In this document: one piece after another, positions 55,279-64,000 of the stretch | How the letters are laid out: each line of letters starts with the position of its first letter | Numbering within the stretch: position 1 is the stretch's first letter | Assembly: GCA_019310965.1 (NCBI GenBank) | Contig: JAFDDG010000004.1 | Coordinates: 15,264-79,263, forward strand | Reading direction: 5' to 3' | From: Deltaproteobacteria bacterium | Lineage (GTDB): Bacteria > Myxococcota_A > UBA9160 > SMWR01 | Length of the DNA: 64,000 nt | Made by a program: the position numbers and the translations under genes | The notes under the pieces: model-generated | Seen by the model: only the letters and a program-made list of their open reading frames with translations | Database searches by the model: none | What the model was told of the DNA's origin: nothing

Positions 55279-56184
55279 TCATGCCACCCTTGCGACGACC
55301 TGGATCGCCGACGAGGTGTGACACGCCGCGAGTGTGAAACCCCATGGAAGTTCGAGCACACGAAGCGCCCACCCGCGGCCCCGCTCCGCATGAGGTAGCT
55401 GTGCGCGCCGGCAATTGCCGACGCTTCTAGCGAGCAGAGAATACCACTCGTGCCGCACGGGTCCGGGCACAAGGCCCGCTCTCTCCAACAGGCCGCACAG
55501 TGTCGCCGGGCCGAAGTGGTGCAGGTGACGCGGCACATCCCAGCCGTCCCAGGCGTTGCCGAATAGCCGGCGCTCGAGGCTCTCGGCATTCGGCAGCGCC
55601 ACCACCACATGCCCACCGGGGATCAGCAGCGATCGTGCTCGGCGCAACGCCGCCAGTGGATCGCTCAGATGCTCGAGCACGTGCACGAAGAGCACGACGT
55701 CGAAGTCACCGGCGCCGGCGTAATCGTCGAGGGTCCCGGTGTGGGTCTCGAGGCCCTGAAGCCGGGCCGCCTGCGCCGCACCCGGATCCGGCTCGATGCC
55801 CACCGCCGACCAGCCCTTCGCGGCCATCAGCGCCAGCGCCACCTTGCCGCTGGCGCAGCCGACCTCGAGCACCCGGCGCGAGGCCTGCGGGGGCAGATCG
55901 CCGAGCCAGCCGAAGCGATGCAACGCCACCCGCGGCAACAGCGGCGCGTGATGGCGTGCCGAGCGGGCGCGCTCGATTGCCGCCGGCGCCGGGGCGCTGA
56001 ACGCTCCGTACTCTGCGGGATAATGTCCGGAGGGATCGGCGAAATTGCTCCCGGCCTGTGTCGCCATCACCCTGCAACCGCGGCAACGCACGATCTGGTA
56101 GTCGGCACCCTGAGGTGCGAAGCGTACATCGCGGGTTTCCGCGACGACTTCCCAGGCATTCTCTGCGCAGATGCGGCACTGCAT
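55279..56184 (-). CDS. Class I SAM-dependent methyltransferase with an N-terminal Zn-ribbon
   Basis: CRIC...CRGC ribbon. SAM motif VLEVGCASG, then DFDVVLFVHVLEHL. Confidence 0.8.
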   Translation of the reverse strand: MQCRICAENAWEVVAETRDVRFAPQGADYQIVRCRGCRVMATQAGSNFADPSGHYPAEYGAFSAPAPAAIERARSARHHAPLLPRVALHRFGWLGDLPPQASRRVLEVGCASGKVALALMAAKGWSAVGIEPDPGAAQAARLQGLETHTGTLDDYAGAGDFDVVLFVHVLEHLSDPLAALRRARSLLIPGGHVVVALPNAESLERRLFGNAWDGWDVPRHLHHFGPATLCGLLERAGLVPGPVRHEWYSLLARSVGNCRRAQLPHAERGRGWALRVLELPWGFTLAACHTSSAIQVVARVA

Positions 56185-56219
56185 CACAGCGACCCAGCTT
56201 AGGCTAGCCTGGCGTCCTC

Positions 56220-57173
56220 GTGGCCGACGAAGTTCGCACCGCGCAGCCGCGCGTCGATGTGATCCTGCCGACGCATCGCGGTCTCCCGTGGGTCGACGAG
56301 GCGATTCGTAGCGTTCTCGAGCAGACATACGCGAGCCTGAGCCTCATCGTCGTCGACGATGCCTCGGGCGACGGCACCTTCGCGCACGTCTGCGAACGCT
56401 GGAGCGATGACCCGCGCGTGACGGCCCTGGCACTCGAGGTTTCCCAGCGCGCGGCCGGCGCGCGCATGCAGGCCCTCGCAGCGAGCAACGCGGAATGGCT
56501 GGCCTTCGTCGACCAGGACGATCGCTGGCATCCCAGGAAACTCGAGCTCCAGCTGCACCACGCGGCGCTGAAGCCGCGCGCCGACGCGGTGCATACCGAC
56601 TGCACTCACATCGACGCCGACGGGGCGCCCTTGCCCGGCTCGGCGAGGCGCGAGAACGCGGCGCGCGCGCGCATCCACTGGGACGCGCTCGAGGGCGAAG
56701 CCCTGGCGCGGGTCTGCTTCCGTGCCAATCGCATCCGGCTCGGATCATCGCTGGTGCGCAGGGCGGCCTTCGAGGCGGCGGGCGGCTTCGACCCCGCGCT
56801 CTTCGGCGGGGAAGACTGGGATTTCTGGGTGCGCTTCGCGAGCGCGGGCCGGCGCATCGCACACCTGCCCGAGCCATTGCTCGAGCGGCGCGTCCACCCG
56901 CAGGCAACGTCGACAGCCCGGCGCGCAGAGCGCATCGAGGGGCTCTATCGGGCCTGCGACCTGGCTGCAGCCCGTGATCCGTTCCTTGCCGCGAACCTCG
57001 CCCAGCGCCTGGAGGCGCTGCTGCGGCGCGAGCTCGAGAGCGGCGGCGGTGCAGCGGTGCGCGCGCGGCTGCACGAGCGGGGCGAGAGCCTCGCACCCGG
57101 CACGCGGGCGCGACTCTGGCTGCTGAGCTTCGCCGCGGACCTGCTGCCCCTCGGCACTCAGCGCCAGTCGTAG
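56220..57173 (+). CDS. Family-2 glycosyltransferase
   Basis: VDVILPTHRG...LEQTYASLSLIVVDDASGDGT and the FVDQDD (DxD) motif. Confidence 0.82.
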   Translation: MADEVRTAQPRVDVILPTHRGLPWVDEAIRSVLEQTYASLSLIVVDDASGDGTFAHVCERWSDDPRVTALALEVSQRAAGARMQALAASNAEWLAFVDQDDRWHPRKLELQLHHAALKPRADAVHTDCTHIDADGAPLPGSARRENAARARIHWDALEGEALARVCFRANRIRLGSSLVRRAAFEAAGGFDPALFGGEDWDFWVRFASAGRRIAHLPEPLLERRVHPQATSTARRAERIEGLYRACDLAAARDPFLAANLAQRLEALLRRELESGGGAAVRARLHERGESLAPGTRARLWLLSFAADLLPLGTQRQS

Positions 57174-57991
57174 CGAGCGCCCACGAGCTGCTCGAGCACG
57201 CGTTTGTCCGGCGCGTAACGGCCTGCAAGCTCGGCGCGCAGCTGTGGATCGAGCGAGGCGTAGGCGCGCCGGTTGAAGACCCGCAGGCCGCTCAGTGGGT
57301 GAGGGGGCAGCTCGAGAAATTCGAAGATTCGCGCGCAGCTGGCGGCGGGGTCGGCGAAGAACACCTCGGACTGGAGGATCAGGAAGCGCTCCGCCGGGTA
57401 GTGCCGTCGCCAACGTTCGAGCTGCTCGGCGTACAGCCCGCGCGAGAAGTAGGACTGGCGCTGGTGCATCGCGCTGGTGTAGGTCGGGTCGCTCGCCATG
57501 CGCTCGAGCTCCGGCGCCAGGCGCTGCTCCTCGCCCTCGAGCGCAGCGGCGAAACCGAGCGACTCGCGTCCGCGCGCGCGCTCGTGCTGGTAGTGGGAGT
57601 ACGCCCGCTCGACGGGGTTGCGAAGCAGCACGACGAAGCGCGCCTCCGGCAGCACACGCGCCACGCGGCGCGGCGCGCGCGGCTCGAAGAGATAGTAGGG
57701 CGTGGCCTCACCGGTCACGGCGCCGCGCCGCTCCAGCGAGCGCACGCGGGGAAAATGTGCGCGGTACCAGGCCTCGGGCTCGTCCCGGTGCAGCGTGAAA
57801 TAGTGCACCTCCTTCGTGAAGGCAGGCGCGACGCGCGGGTGGCGCAGCAGATGGTTGTAGAGCGAAGTAGTGCCGGCCTTCTGGGCGCCGAGGATCAGGA
57901 AGTCCGGCAGGGCGCGGCCGCCGTGGGTCAGCCGGCGGCCGGCAAAGCGCAGCGCACGCAGCGCACGGACGGCGGGGCCCACCAGTGGCAC
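57158..57991 (-). CDS. PAPS-dependent sulfotransferase
   Basis: 5'-PSB loop FLILGAQKAGTTSL and 3'-PB region VVLLRNPVERAYSHY. The start is inferred (GTG 57991 or 57982) because the longest ORF (58216) would overlap the divergent CoA-transferase gene. Confidence 0.75.
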   Translation of the reverse strand: MPLVGPAVRALRALRFAGRRLTHGGRALPDFLILGAQKAGTTSLYNHLLRHPRVAPAFTKEVHYFTLHRDEPEAWYRAHFPRVRSLERRGAVTGEATPYYLFEPRAPRRVARVLPEARFVVLLRNPVERAYSHYQHERARGRESLGFAAALEGEEQRLAPELERMASDPTYTSAMHQRQSYFSRGLYAEQLERWRRHYPAERFLILQSEVFFADPAASCARIFEFLELPPHPLSGLRVFNRRAYASLDPQLRAELAGRYAPDKRVLEQLVGARYDWR

Positions 57992-58151
57992 CGATCGCAG
58001 GGAGGTAGCGCGGCGCGACGGGTCGAGATTGCGCTCTCGCAGGTCGCAGGGCCTCCTCACTCGGTTCTCGCCAGCGTACCGGAGCTCTTCGCGAGTCGCC
58101 CGGCCGTAGAACGGCTTGACCCCGAGCCCGCCAACAGCGTACACCCGGGCG

Positions 58152-59351
58152 ATGAGCGAAGACGCCGCAGCTGCCACGGGCCCGTGTTCGGGCCTCCGTG
58201 TTCTCGACCTGAGCACCGTGATCTCGGGCCCCTATTGCACCCAGGCGCTCGGCGACCTGGGCGCCGACGTGATCAAGGTCGAGCCGCCCACCGGCGACTC
58301 GTCGCGCCACTCCGGCGCGCCCTTCCGAGAGCCCGGCTTCTCGGGCATGCTGGCGCAGTTCAACCGCAACAAGCGCAGCATCGTGCTCGACCTGCACCGC
58401 GAGGAAGCACGGCAGGTCGCGCACGCGCTGGCGAAACGCGCGGACGTGTTCGTGCAGAACTTCCGCCCCGGCGTGGCCGAGCGACTCGGGCTCGGTTGGG
58501 ACGTGCTGCGCGCGATCAACCCCCGGCTGGTCTACATCTCGATCAGCGGCTTCGGACCCGACGGACCCTATGTCGATCTACCGGCCTACGACCACGTGGT
58601 GCAGGCGCTTGGCGGACAGATGCCCACCCAGGGTGGCGACGGCCCGCCGAAGCTCGTGCAGGGTGGCATCGCCGACAAGACGACGGGCATGACGGCGCTC
58701 TCTGCCACCCTGGCCGCGCTGCTGGCCCGCGAGCGGGAAGGACTGGGCCAGAAGGTCGAAGTGCCGATGCTCGACGCCTTCGCCGCCGTCTCCTTGCCGG
58801 AGGCCATGGTGTCACGCTCCTTCCCTCCGCTCGCCAGCGACGCTCCCGGCGTCGGCGAGTTCTTCCGCACATTTGCGACTGCAGACGGCTACGTCGTCGG
58901 CCTGACGGTGCAGGACGCCCAGTACCGCGGGCTCTGCGAAGCGCTCGGTCTTCACGAGCTCGCGGAGGATGAACGATTCGCGCAGGCGGCGAATCGATTC
59001 GCGAACTACCGCGAGCTCGTCGCGATCCTCGAGACCGAAATCCGCAAGTGGCCGACGGCGAAGTTCATCGCTGGCGCGCGCGCCAGCGGCGCCCCTTTCG
59101 CTCCGGCGTACGACGTGGAGGATTTTCTCTCGGACCCACAGGTCGAACACAACCGCACCGTCGAAGACGTCGAAGACGCGCGCTTCGGAACGACGCGCTA
59201 CCTGCGCCATCCGGCTCGCTACGAGCGCACGCCGGCCAGCCTGCGCCGGCATGCGCCGCGGCTCGGCGAGCACACGGATGAGCTGCTGACCGAGGCTGGC
59301 TTCAGCGCGGACGAGATCGCGCGTCTGCGCGACGCCGGCGCCGTACGCTGA
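58152..59351 (+). CDS. Family III CoA-transferase (CaiB/BaiF family)
   Basis: LRVLDLSTVISGPYCTQALGDLGADVIKVEPP...GD, typical of family III CoA-transferases. Confidence 0.85.
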   Translation: MSEDAAAATGPCSGLRVLDLSTVISGPYCTQALGDLGADVIKVEPPTGDSSRHSGAPFREPGFSGMLAQFNRNKRSIVLDLHREEARQVAHALAKRADVFVQNFRPGVAERLGLGWDVLRAINPRLVYISISGFGPDGPYVDLPAYDHVVQALGGQMPTQGGDGPPKLVQGGIADKTTGMTALSATLAALLAREREGLGQKVEVPMLDAFAAVSLPEAMVSRSFPPLASDAPGVGEFFRTFATADGYVVGLTVQDAQYRGLCEALGLHELAEDERFAQAANRFANYRELVAILETEIRKWPTAKFIAGARASGAPFAPAYDVEDFLSDPQVEHNRTVEDVEDARFGTTRYLRHPARYERTPASLRRHAPRLGEHTDELLTEAGFSADEIARLRDAGAVR

Positions 59352-59358
59352 CGCGCCC

Positions 59359-60006
59359 TCAGTCGAGGGGCGTCACACATTCTTCGACCTGGAGCAACAG
59401 AGACGCCGCAGCGTCGGGTTTCCACTGCCCCAGCAACCCGGGCCTGAAGCCAGCCCTTGCGTACCAGACGAAGGCCACCGCATCATAGGGCTCACCCTGT
59501 GGCCCGCCGAGCACGTCATGGGACTCACAGCGCAGCACCTTCGGGCCCGCCTGCAGCAGCGGCGCCAGCGTGCCCCGCGTGAAGTTCGAGCGATACTGCG
59601 CCGCGTCGACGCCCGCGGGCGCCTTGGCCGCCGCCGCGACCTTCACGAACTCTTCGGCACGCGGAGTGCCATCGATCACGACGTTCGGTTGGCTGATCGC
59701 AAAGAATCTATTCCTCGGCTGGTCCATGAAGCTCGCTTCGTCTTCGCGGAGGACCTGGCCGGCCTCGGACTTCAGCACGGCTTGCATGCGCCCGGCTACC
59801 TCCACGGACTCGAAGGTGAACTGGGTCAGAACGTCGAAGCCGGGCTCGACGTCATCGAGGGCGACTTGTACGTGGTTGCGCAAATAGCGCCGCAGACCTC
59901 GCATGAACGGCAACGCGAGCGGTGCGTGGATGTCTTCGTAGTGGTCCCGAAACTCGTGCCGGGACACGTCCGGGCGCCGCACGATCAGCGCCAGATTGCT
60001 GAACAT
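59359..60006 (-). CDS. EthD-domain-like protein (two tandem dimeric alpha/beta-barrel halves)
   Basis: AGGAGGA RBS before ATG 60006. N-terminal IVRRPDVSRHEFRDHYEDIHAPL resembles EthD domains; the second half is weaker. Confidence 0.5.
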   Translation of the reverse strand: MFSNLALIVRRPDVSRHEFRDHYEDIHAPLALPFMRGLRRYLRNHVQVALDDVEPGFDVLTQFTFESVEVAGRMQAVLKSEAGQVLREDEASFMDQPRNRFFAISQPNVVIDGTPRAEEFVKVAAAAKAPAGVDAAQYRSNFTRGTLAPLLQAGPKVLRCESHDVLGGPQGEPYDAVAFVWYARAGFRPGLLGQWKPDAAASLLLQVEECVTPLD

Positions 60007-60241
60007 GGATCCTCCTGCTGCTAGGCGGAATCCGCCTCCCGTGCCCGCCAACAGCGTTGGCCGTACGCGTTGGTCTTCTTCGTCTCACTGCCGTGGCGAG
60101 CTTTGCGCGTGGCGTCGCTGCGCTCTGCCGCTTCGGCCATCGGCCAGCCTCCGCTCCGGGCCTGTCGGGTCAGTATGCACCTGCCAGACTTCACTGCCCA
60201 GTGCTTGAGCCAACTCTTCGGGCGCGCGAGAATCAGCCCTC

Positions 60242-61495
60242 GTGCCCCCCACCGCGCCCTCGAAGCTCTCGCGCTACCACAAGCTGCTCTTTGCCTTGCT
60301 CTGCACTGCAACCGTATTCGAGGGCTTCGACACGAAGCTCTCGAACCTCCTCTTGCCGCTGCTCGGGGACGAATTCGGCGCCGGGCCGGGAGAGCTGGGC
60401 GGGATGTTCTTCTTCCTCGGCCTCGGCACCATCGCCGCGTTCTTCGTCATTCGCCTGGCGGACCGTGCCGGCCGGCGTCCCTTGATGTTGATCGCGGTCG
60501 GTGGCTACTCGCTGCTGATGGCACTGACCACCTTCTCCCAGACCCTCGCGCAATTCACCGCCATCCAGCTGGCCGCGAAGACATTGATGGTGACCCAGTT
60601 GGCGCTCGGCTACGTGATCTTGAGCGAAGAGTTTCCGACACGGTTGCGCGCCATGGCCAACAGCGTTCTCGGGGCGTTCGCAAGCGTCGGCGCCGCGCTC
60701 CCGGCGCTATTCCTGCCAGCGTTCCTGAACAGCAGCGTCGGCTGGCGTGGCTTTTTTGCAATGGGTGCAATGCCGCTTCTGTTGCTCCCGATCTTCCGGA
60801 ACGTGCTGCGCGAAACACCTGCGTTTCTCGCACGGCGCCCGGGCTCCGAATCGCTCGGCGCCCAGATACGCGCGGTTTTCTCCGGCAACCTCCGACGTCG
60901 CTTCATCGCTGCAGCATTGCTCTGTTTCACGGTGAATTTTTCCACTGCCTGCACGATGTTCTTCTTCAGCTATTACGTCTTCAACGAGCGCGGCTGGACG
61001 CCCGAGGACCTGCAACTCGTCGTGCTCGCGGCGGTGCCGTTCGCGTTCTGCGGCTACGCCTTGGGTGGCCGCCTGATGGATCTGATCGGCCGGCGCGGAG
61101 CTGCCGCCACCTTCCTGCTGCTCGCCGCACTGGTGGCAAACATCGGCTACCGGGCCGAAGAGTGGGCTGTGATCGCCGGGTCGTGGGTGGCCCTGCAGAT
61201 GCTCCAGGGAATCTGGCCCATTGTGAACACGATCACTGCGGAGCTCTTCCCTACGGAAGTGCGCGCCAGCGCCAGTGCGATGGCACAGAACCTGCTCGGG
61301 CGCTGGGGGCTCGCCATCGGGCCGCCGATCGTCGGCGGGGTGGCGGAAGCACTCGGATCGACCGGGGAGGCCGTGGCGCTGCTGGCACTCGGCAACCTGG
61401 TGCTCGTGCCGCTCTCGCTGTGGTTGCTGCCGGAAACGCGTGGCGTAGACATCACCACCGTCGGACACGCGAGCGCAAAATCAGGCCGGCCCTGA
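60242..61495 (+). CDS. MFS transporter
   Basis: 417 aa with about 12 TM helices and motif-A-like LADRAGRRPLM. Confidence 0.8.
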   Translation: MPPTAPSKLSRYHKLLFALLCTATVFEGFDTKLSNLLLPLLGDEFGAGPGELGGMFFFLGLGTIAAFFVIRLADRAGRRPLMLIAVGGYSLLMALTTFSQTLAQFTAIQLAAKTLMVTQLALGYVILSEEFPTRLRAMANSVLGAFASVGAALPALFLPAFLNSSVGWRGFFAMGAMPLLLLPIFRNVLRETPAFLARRPGSESLGAQIRAVFSGNLRRRFIAAALLCFTVNFSTACTMFFFSYYVFNERGWTPEDLQLVVLAAVPFAFCGYALGGRLMDLIGRRGAAATFLLLAALVANIGYRAEEWAVIAGSWVALQMLQGIWPIVNTITAELFPTEVRASASAMAQNLLGRWGLAIGPPIVGGVAEALGSTGEAVALLALGNLVLVPLSLWLLPETRGVDITTVGHASAKSGRP

Positions 61496-61527
61496 TAGGC
61501 TGAGTCCCCCACACAGCGGAGCACGCA

Positions 61528-63000
61528 TTGGCACTCGATCCCCACACCCCCGTACTGGTCGGCGTCGGCGTCGTCCAGCAGCGCGAAGAAGATCCTGCGC
61601 TGGCCGCAGAACCCCTCGAGCTGATGGCTCGGGCGCTCGAGCGCGCCGCCGAGGACGCGGGCGACCGCTCGCTGCTGTCTCGCGCCGGCGAGATTCTGCT
61701 GCCCCGCGGTTTCTGGGACTACGCAGACCCCGGGCGCGCCCTGGCCGACCGCTTCGGCGCGAGCAGTGCACGCTCCCTGGTCGCCGAGGTGGGCGTGCTC
61801 CAGACGACCCTCTTCGGCCGGGCGGCTGCGCAGATCGCCGAGGGCCGCGCCGACGTCGTGCTGGTCACCGGCGGCGAAGCCAAGTACCGCAGCCTGCGGG
61901 CAAAGATCACCGGCGGCGAGGCGCTCCTGCGCGAGACTCCGGGCGAGCCCGACACGGTGATGCGCCCGGCCGGGGAGATCATCCACCCGCTCGAGATGCA
62001 GCACGGCATCGCCATGCCGGTCAACTGCTACGCGATCATGGAAAACGCCCTGCGCTTCGCCGAAGGCCAGAGCGTCGCCGAGCATCGCGACTCAGTGGCG
62101 AAGCTCTGGGCGGCGATGAGTGACGTGGCGGAACGCAACCCGGACGCCTGGCGACGCGAGCGCGTGGCCCCGGCGCACGTGCGCGATGCGGCAGACGGCA
62201 ACCGCATGCTCGCCTTTCCCTACACCAAGCTCCACAACTCCCAGTGGAACGTCGACCAGGCGGCGGGGCTCGTATTCGCGTCGGTCGAAGCCGCACGGGC
62301 GGCCGGCATTCCAGAGGATCGCTGGATCTTCCCCTGGTCCGTGGTCGAGTCGAATCACATGACCAACCTCACCGTCCGCAAGCGACTGCACCGGGTGCCC
62401 GGCTTTGCCCACGCGGGTGCAAAAGCTCTCGAACACGCCGGCCGCAAGCCAGACGAGATCGACCACCTCGAGCTCTACAGCTGCTTCCCGATGGCCGTAC
62501 GCGCTCAGTGCCGCGAGATCGGCATCCCGGAAGATCGTCCGCACACGGTGACCGGTGGCATGGCCTTCGCCGGTGGCCCGCTCAACAACTTCGTGCTCCA
62601 GGCGCAGGCTCGGATGGTGCAGGTGCTGCGCGGCGCAGCGGGAAGCCTGGGGATGGTGAACGCAGTGAGCGGCTTCCTCACCAAGCAGGGCGTAAGCCTG
62701 TGGTCGAGCGAGCCGCCGCCGCGGGCCTTCCAGTACGGCGATGTATCCAGCGAGACCGAGCGCGACGTGCCGATCCTGGAAATTGCGGAGGCCGCCGGAG
62801 CAAACGCTCGGATCGCCGGCTACACGGTGCTCTACGAAGACGACGCGCCGGCACGGGCGGTGTTCATCTGTGACCTCGAAGACGGCAAGCGCACACTTGC
62901 GACCTGCAGCGACCCGACGGTCGCACGACTCGGCACCGAGGCGGAGCTCTGCGGCCGCGAGGTACGCCTCTCAGAAGACGGTGACGTTGCGCTCGCCTGA
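61528..63000 (+). CDS. Thiolase-like protein lacking the nucleophilic Cys, with an extra C-terminal domain (TLP1-like)
   Basis: Thiolase-fold C-terminal half (ELYSCFP, TGGMAFAGGPLNN). VGVLQTTLFGRAAAQIAEG sits where ..ACASG.. is expected. An extra domain of about 100 aa follows. Confidence 0.65.
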   Translation: MALDPHTPVLVGVGVVQQREEDPALAAEPLELMARALERAAEDAGDRSLLSRAGEILLPRGFWDYADPGRALADRFGASSARSLVAEVGVLQTTLFGRAAAQIAEGRADVVLVTGGEAKYRSLRAKITGGEALLRETPGEPDTVMRPAGEIIHPLEMQHGIAMPVNCYAIMENALRFAEGQSVAEHRDSVAKLWAAMSDVAERNPDAWRRERVAPAHVRDAADGNRMLAFPYTKLHNSQWNVDQAAGLVFASVEAARAAGIPEDRWIFPWSVVESNHMTNLTVRKRLHRVPGFAHAGAKALEHAGRKPDEIDHLELYSCFPMAVRAQCREIGIPEDRPHTVTGGMAFAGGPLNNFVLQAQARMVQVLRGAAGSLGMVNAVSGFLTKQGVSLWSSEPPPRAFQYGDVSSETERDVPILEIAEAAGANARIAGYTVLYEDDAPARAVFICDLEDGKRTLATCSDPTVARLGTEAELCGREVRLSEDGDVALA

Positions 63001-63021
63001 AGCGACGCATGGGAGGGTGAC

Positions 63022-63786
63022 ATGGCTACAGCGGCAGTAACCGGATCGGCGTCGGGCATCGGCGCCGCCATCAAGCGCCGGCTCGAGGCGAACGGCGACT
63101 CCGTCATCGGCGTCGATCTGCGAGAGGCCGACGTCGAGGCCGATCTCTCCACGTCGGAGGGACGCAAGAGCGCCGTCTCCGGCGTCTTGAGCGCGTGCGG
63201 CGGCAAACTCGACCGGCTGGTCGCCTGCGCGGGTCTCGGAGCGCACCTGGACGACCTGGCACTCATCGCTTCGGTCAACTATTTCGGTGCAATCGCGACG
63301 CTCGACGGTCTGAAAGACGCCTTGTCCGGCCGGGAAGGCGCAGCCGCCGTCGCGGTCTGCTCGAATAGCGCACGCTTCGGCCCCTTCGACGACCATCCGT
63401 TCGTGCAGGCGTGCCTCGACGGCGACGAGGCACTGGCGCGCGAGCTCGTGGCGCAGGAAAACGGATTCATCGCCTACGGCGGATCGAAGCACGCGCTCTC
63501 CCGCGCGGTGCGCCGCCGCGCGGCCGAGTGGGGCGCTGCGGGCGTGCGCCTGAACGGCATCGCACCGGGCTCGACCCAGACCGCGATGGTCGAGGCGCTG
63601 AAGGACCATCCGGTCTTCAACAAGGGACACGAGTCTCTCATCATGCCGCTCGGCCGCAACGCCGAGCCCGAGGAGATCGCCAACGTGGTGAGCTTCATGT
63701 TGAGCCCCGAAGCGAGCTACGTGCACGGCGCCATCTGGTACGCAGACGGCGGGAACGAGGCCGCGACGCTGCCGGACCGTTTCTAG
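63022..63786 (+). CDS. SDR oxidoreductase resembling 3-alpha-hydroxysteroid dehydrogenase/carbonyl reductase
   Basis: GGGAGGG RBS. SGIGAA...VIGVDLREADVEADLSTSEGRKSAVSGVL...LVACAGLG...SVNYFGA...YGGSKHAL matches my recollection of Comamonas 3-alpha-HSD/CR closely. Confidence 0.8.
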   Translation: MATAAVTGSASGIGAAIKRRLEANGDSVIGVDLREADVEADLSTSEGRKSAVSGVLSACGGKLDRLVACAGLGAHLDDLALIASVNYFGAIATLDGLKDALSGREGAAAVAVCSNSARFGPFDDHPFVQACLDGDEALARELVAQENGFIAYGGSKHALSRAVRRRAAEWGAAGVRLNGIAPGSTQTAMVEALKDHPVFNKGHESLIMPLGRNAEPEEIANVVSFMLSPEASYVHGAIWYADGGNEAATLPDRF

Positions 63787-63846
63787 AAGATCCCAAGACA
63801 CCGCCGAAACCCCGACTCGCCTTTCAGCCGCCACCGGAGGACCCCG

Positions 63847-64000
63847 ATGCCCGAAACCGCTCTGCTCGTCGACAGGAGCGACGGCGTGATGACGCTGACT
63901 CTCAACCGGCCCGAGGCACGCAACGCGCTGTCGCCCGAGTCGATCGTACGGCTGGCGCAGGCCTGGTACGAGTATCGCGACAGCGCCTCGCTGCGCGTGG
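63847..64000 (+). CDS. Enoyl-CoA hydratase/isomerase (crotonase) family, 5' part (runs off the window)
   Basis: GGAGGA RBS. N-terminal GVMTLTLNRPEARNAL is the classic crotonase start. Confidence 0.7.
   Translation, partial: MPETALLVDRSDGVMTLTLNRPEARNALSPESIVRLAQAWYEYRDSASLRV

Noticed and set aside
1-64000. Looked for CRISPR-like spaced repeats, long tandem repeats, IS/transposase or integrase genes, toxin-antitoxin pairs, known defence-system genes, rRNA, SRP/RNase P-like conserved strings and common riboswitch cores.
   Set aside because: I recognised none by eye. This is a negative result from manual reading only, and an Rfam/Infernal, tRNAscan, ISfinder and DefenseFinder/PADLOC run would be needed to be sure.

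Overview
High-GC bacterial chromosomal segment (sampled 60-nt lines about 70% G+C) with dnaA near the left end. I can support about 60 densely packed protein-coding genes, many with 1-4 nt start/stop overlaps. I recognised no rRNA, tRNA, CRISPR array, transposase, integrase or phage genes, and no known defence system. All family calls come from motifs read in the supplied translations and recalled from memory; nothing was searched.

Content, left to right:
- dnaA with a sharply AT-rich upstream region.
- A folB / siroheme sulfite reductase / cofG / cofH (F420 chromophore FO synthase) / DUF2238 string.
- argD, a sulfatase-fold lipoprotein, and a compositionally foreign SGNH hydrolase with a PEP-CTERM tail.
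- A long minus-strand run: TPR lipoprotein, pal, ThDP enzyme, exonuclease-DinG, fabG-like.
- thiI, an OYE flavoenzyme, and gltS plus an RND efflux pair.
- A PerR-like / rubredoxin-less rubrerythrin / CCG Fe-S protein / DUF3501 / Prx5 peroxide module.
- An ECF sigma / anti-sigma / DUF3106 trio.
- A Leptospira-type citramalate synthase.
- Two overlapping unknown lipoproteins followed by a sigma-54 activator.
- glcDEF.
- A glycan tailoring locus: flippase, acetyl-, methyl-, glycosyl- and sulfotransferase.
- A CoA-dependent catabolic cluster with a 3-alpha-hydroxysteroid-dehydrogenase-like SDR.

The items most worth a second look:
- The rubrerythrin-CCG-DUF3501 module.
- Two thiolase-fold proteins that lack the nucleophilic Cys and carry extra C-terminal domains.
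- The lipoprotein pair plus orphan sigma-54 activator.
- The sulfotransferase-containing glycan locus together with the low-GC PEP-CTERM hydrolase.
- An 85-nt inverted-repeat element between two convergent genes.
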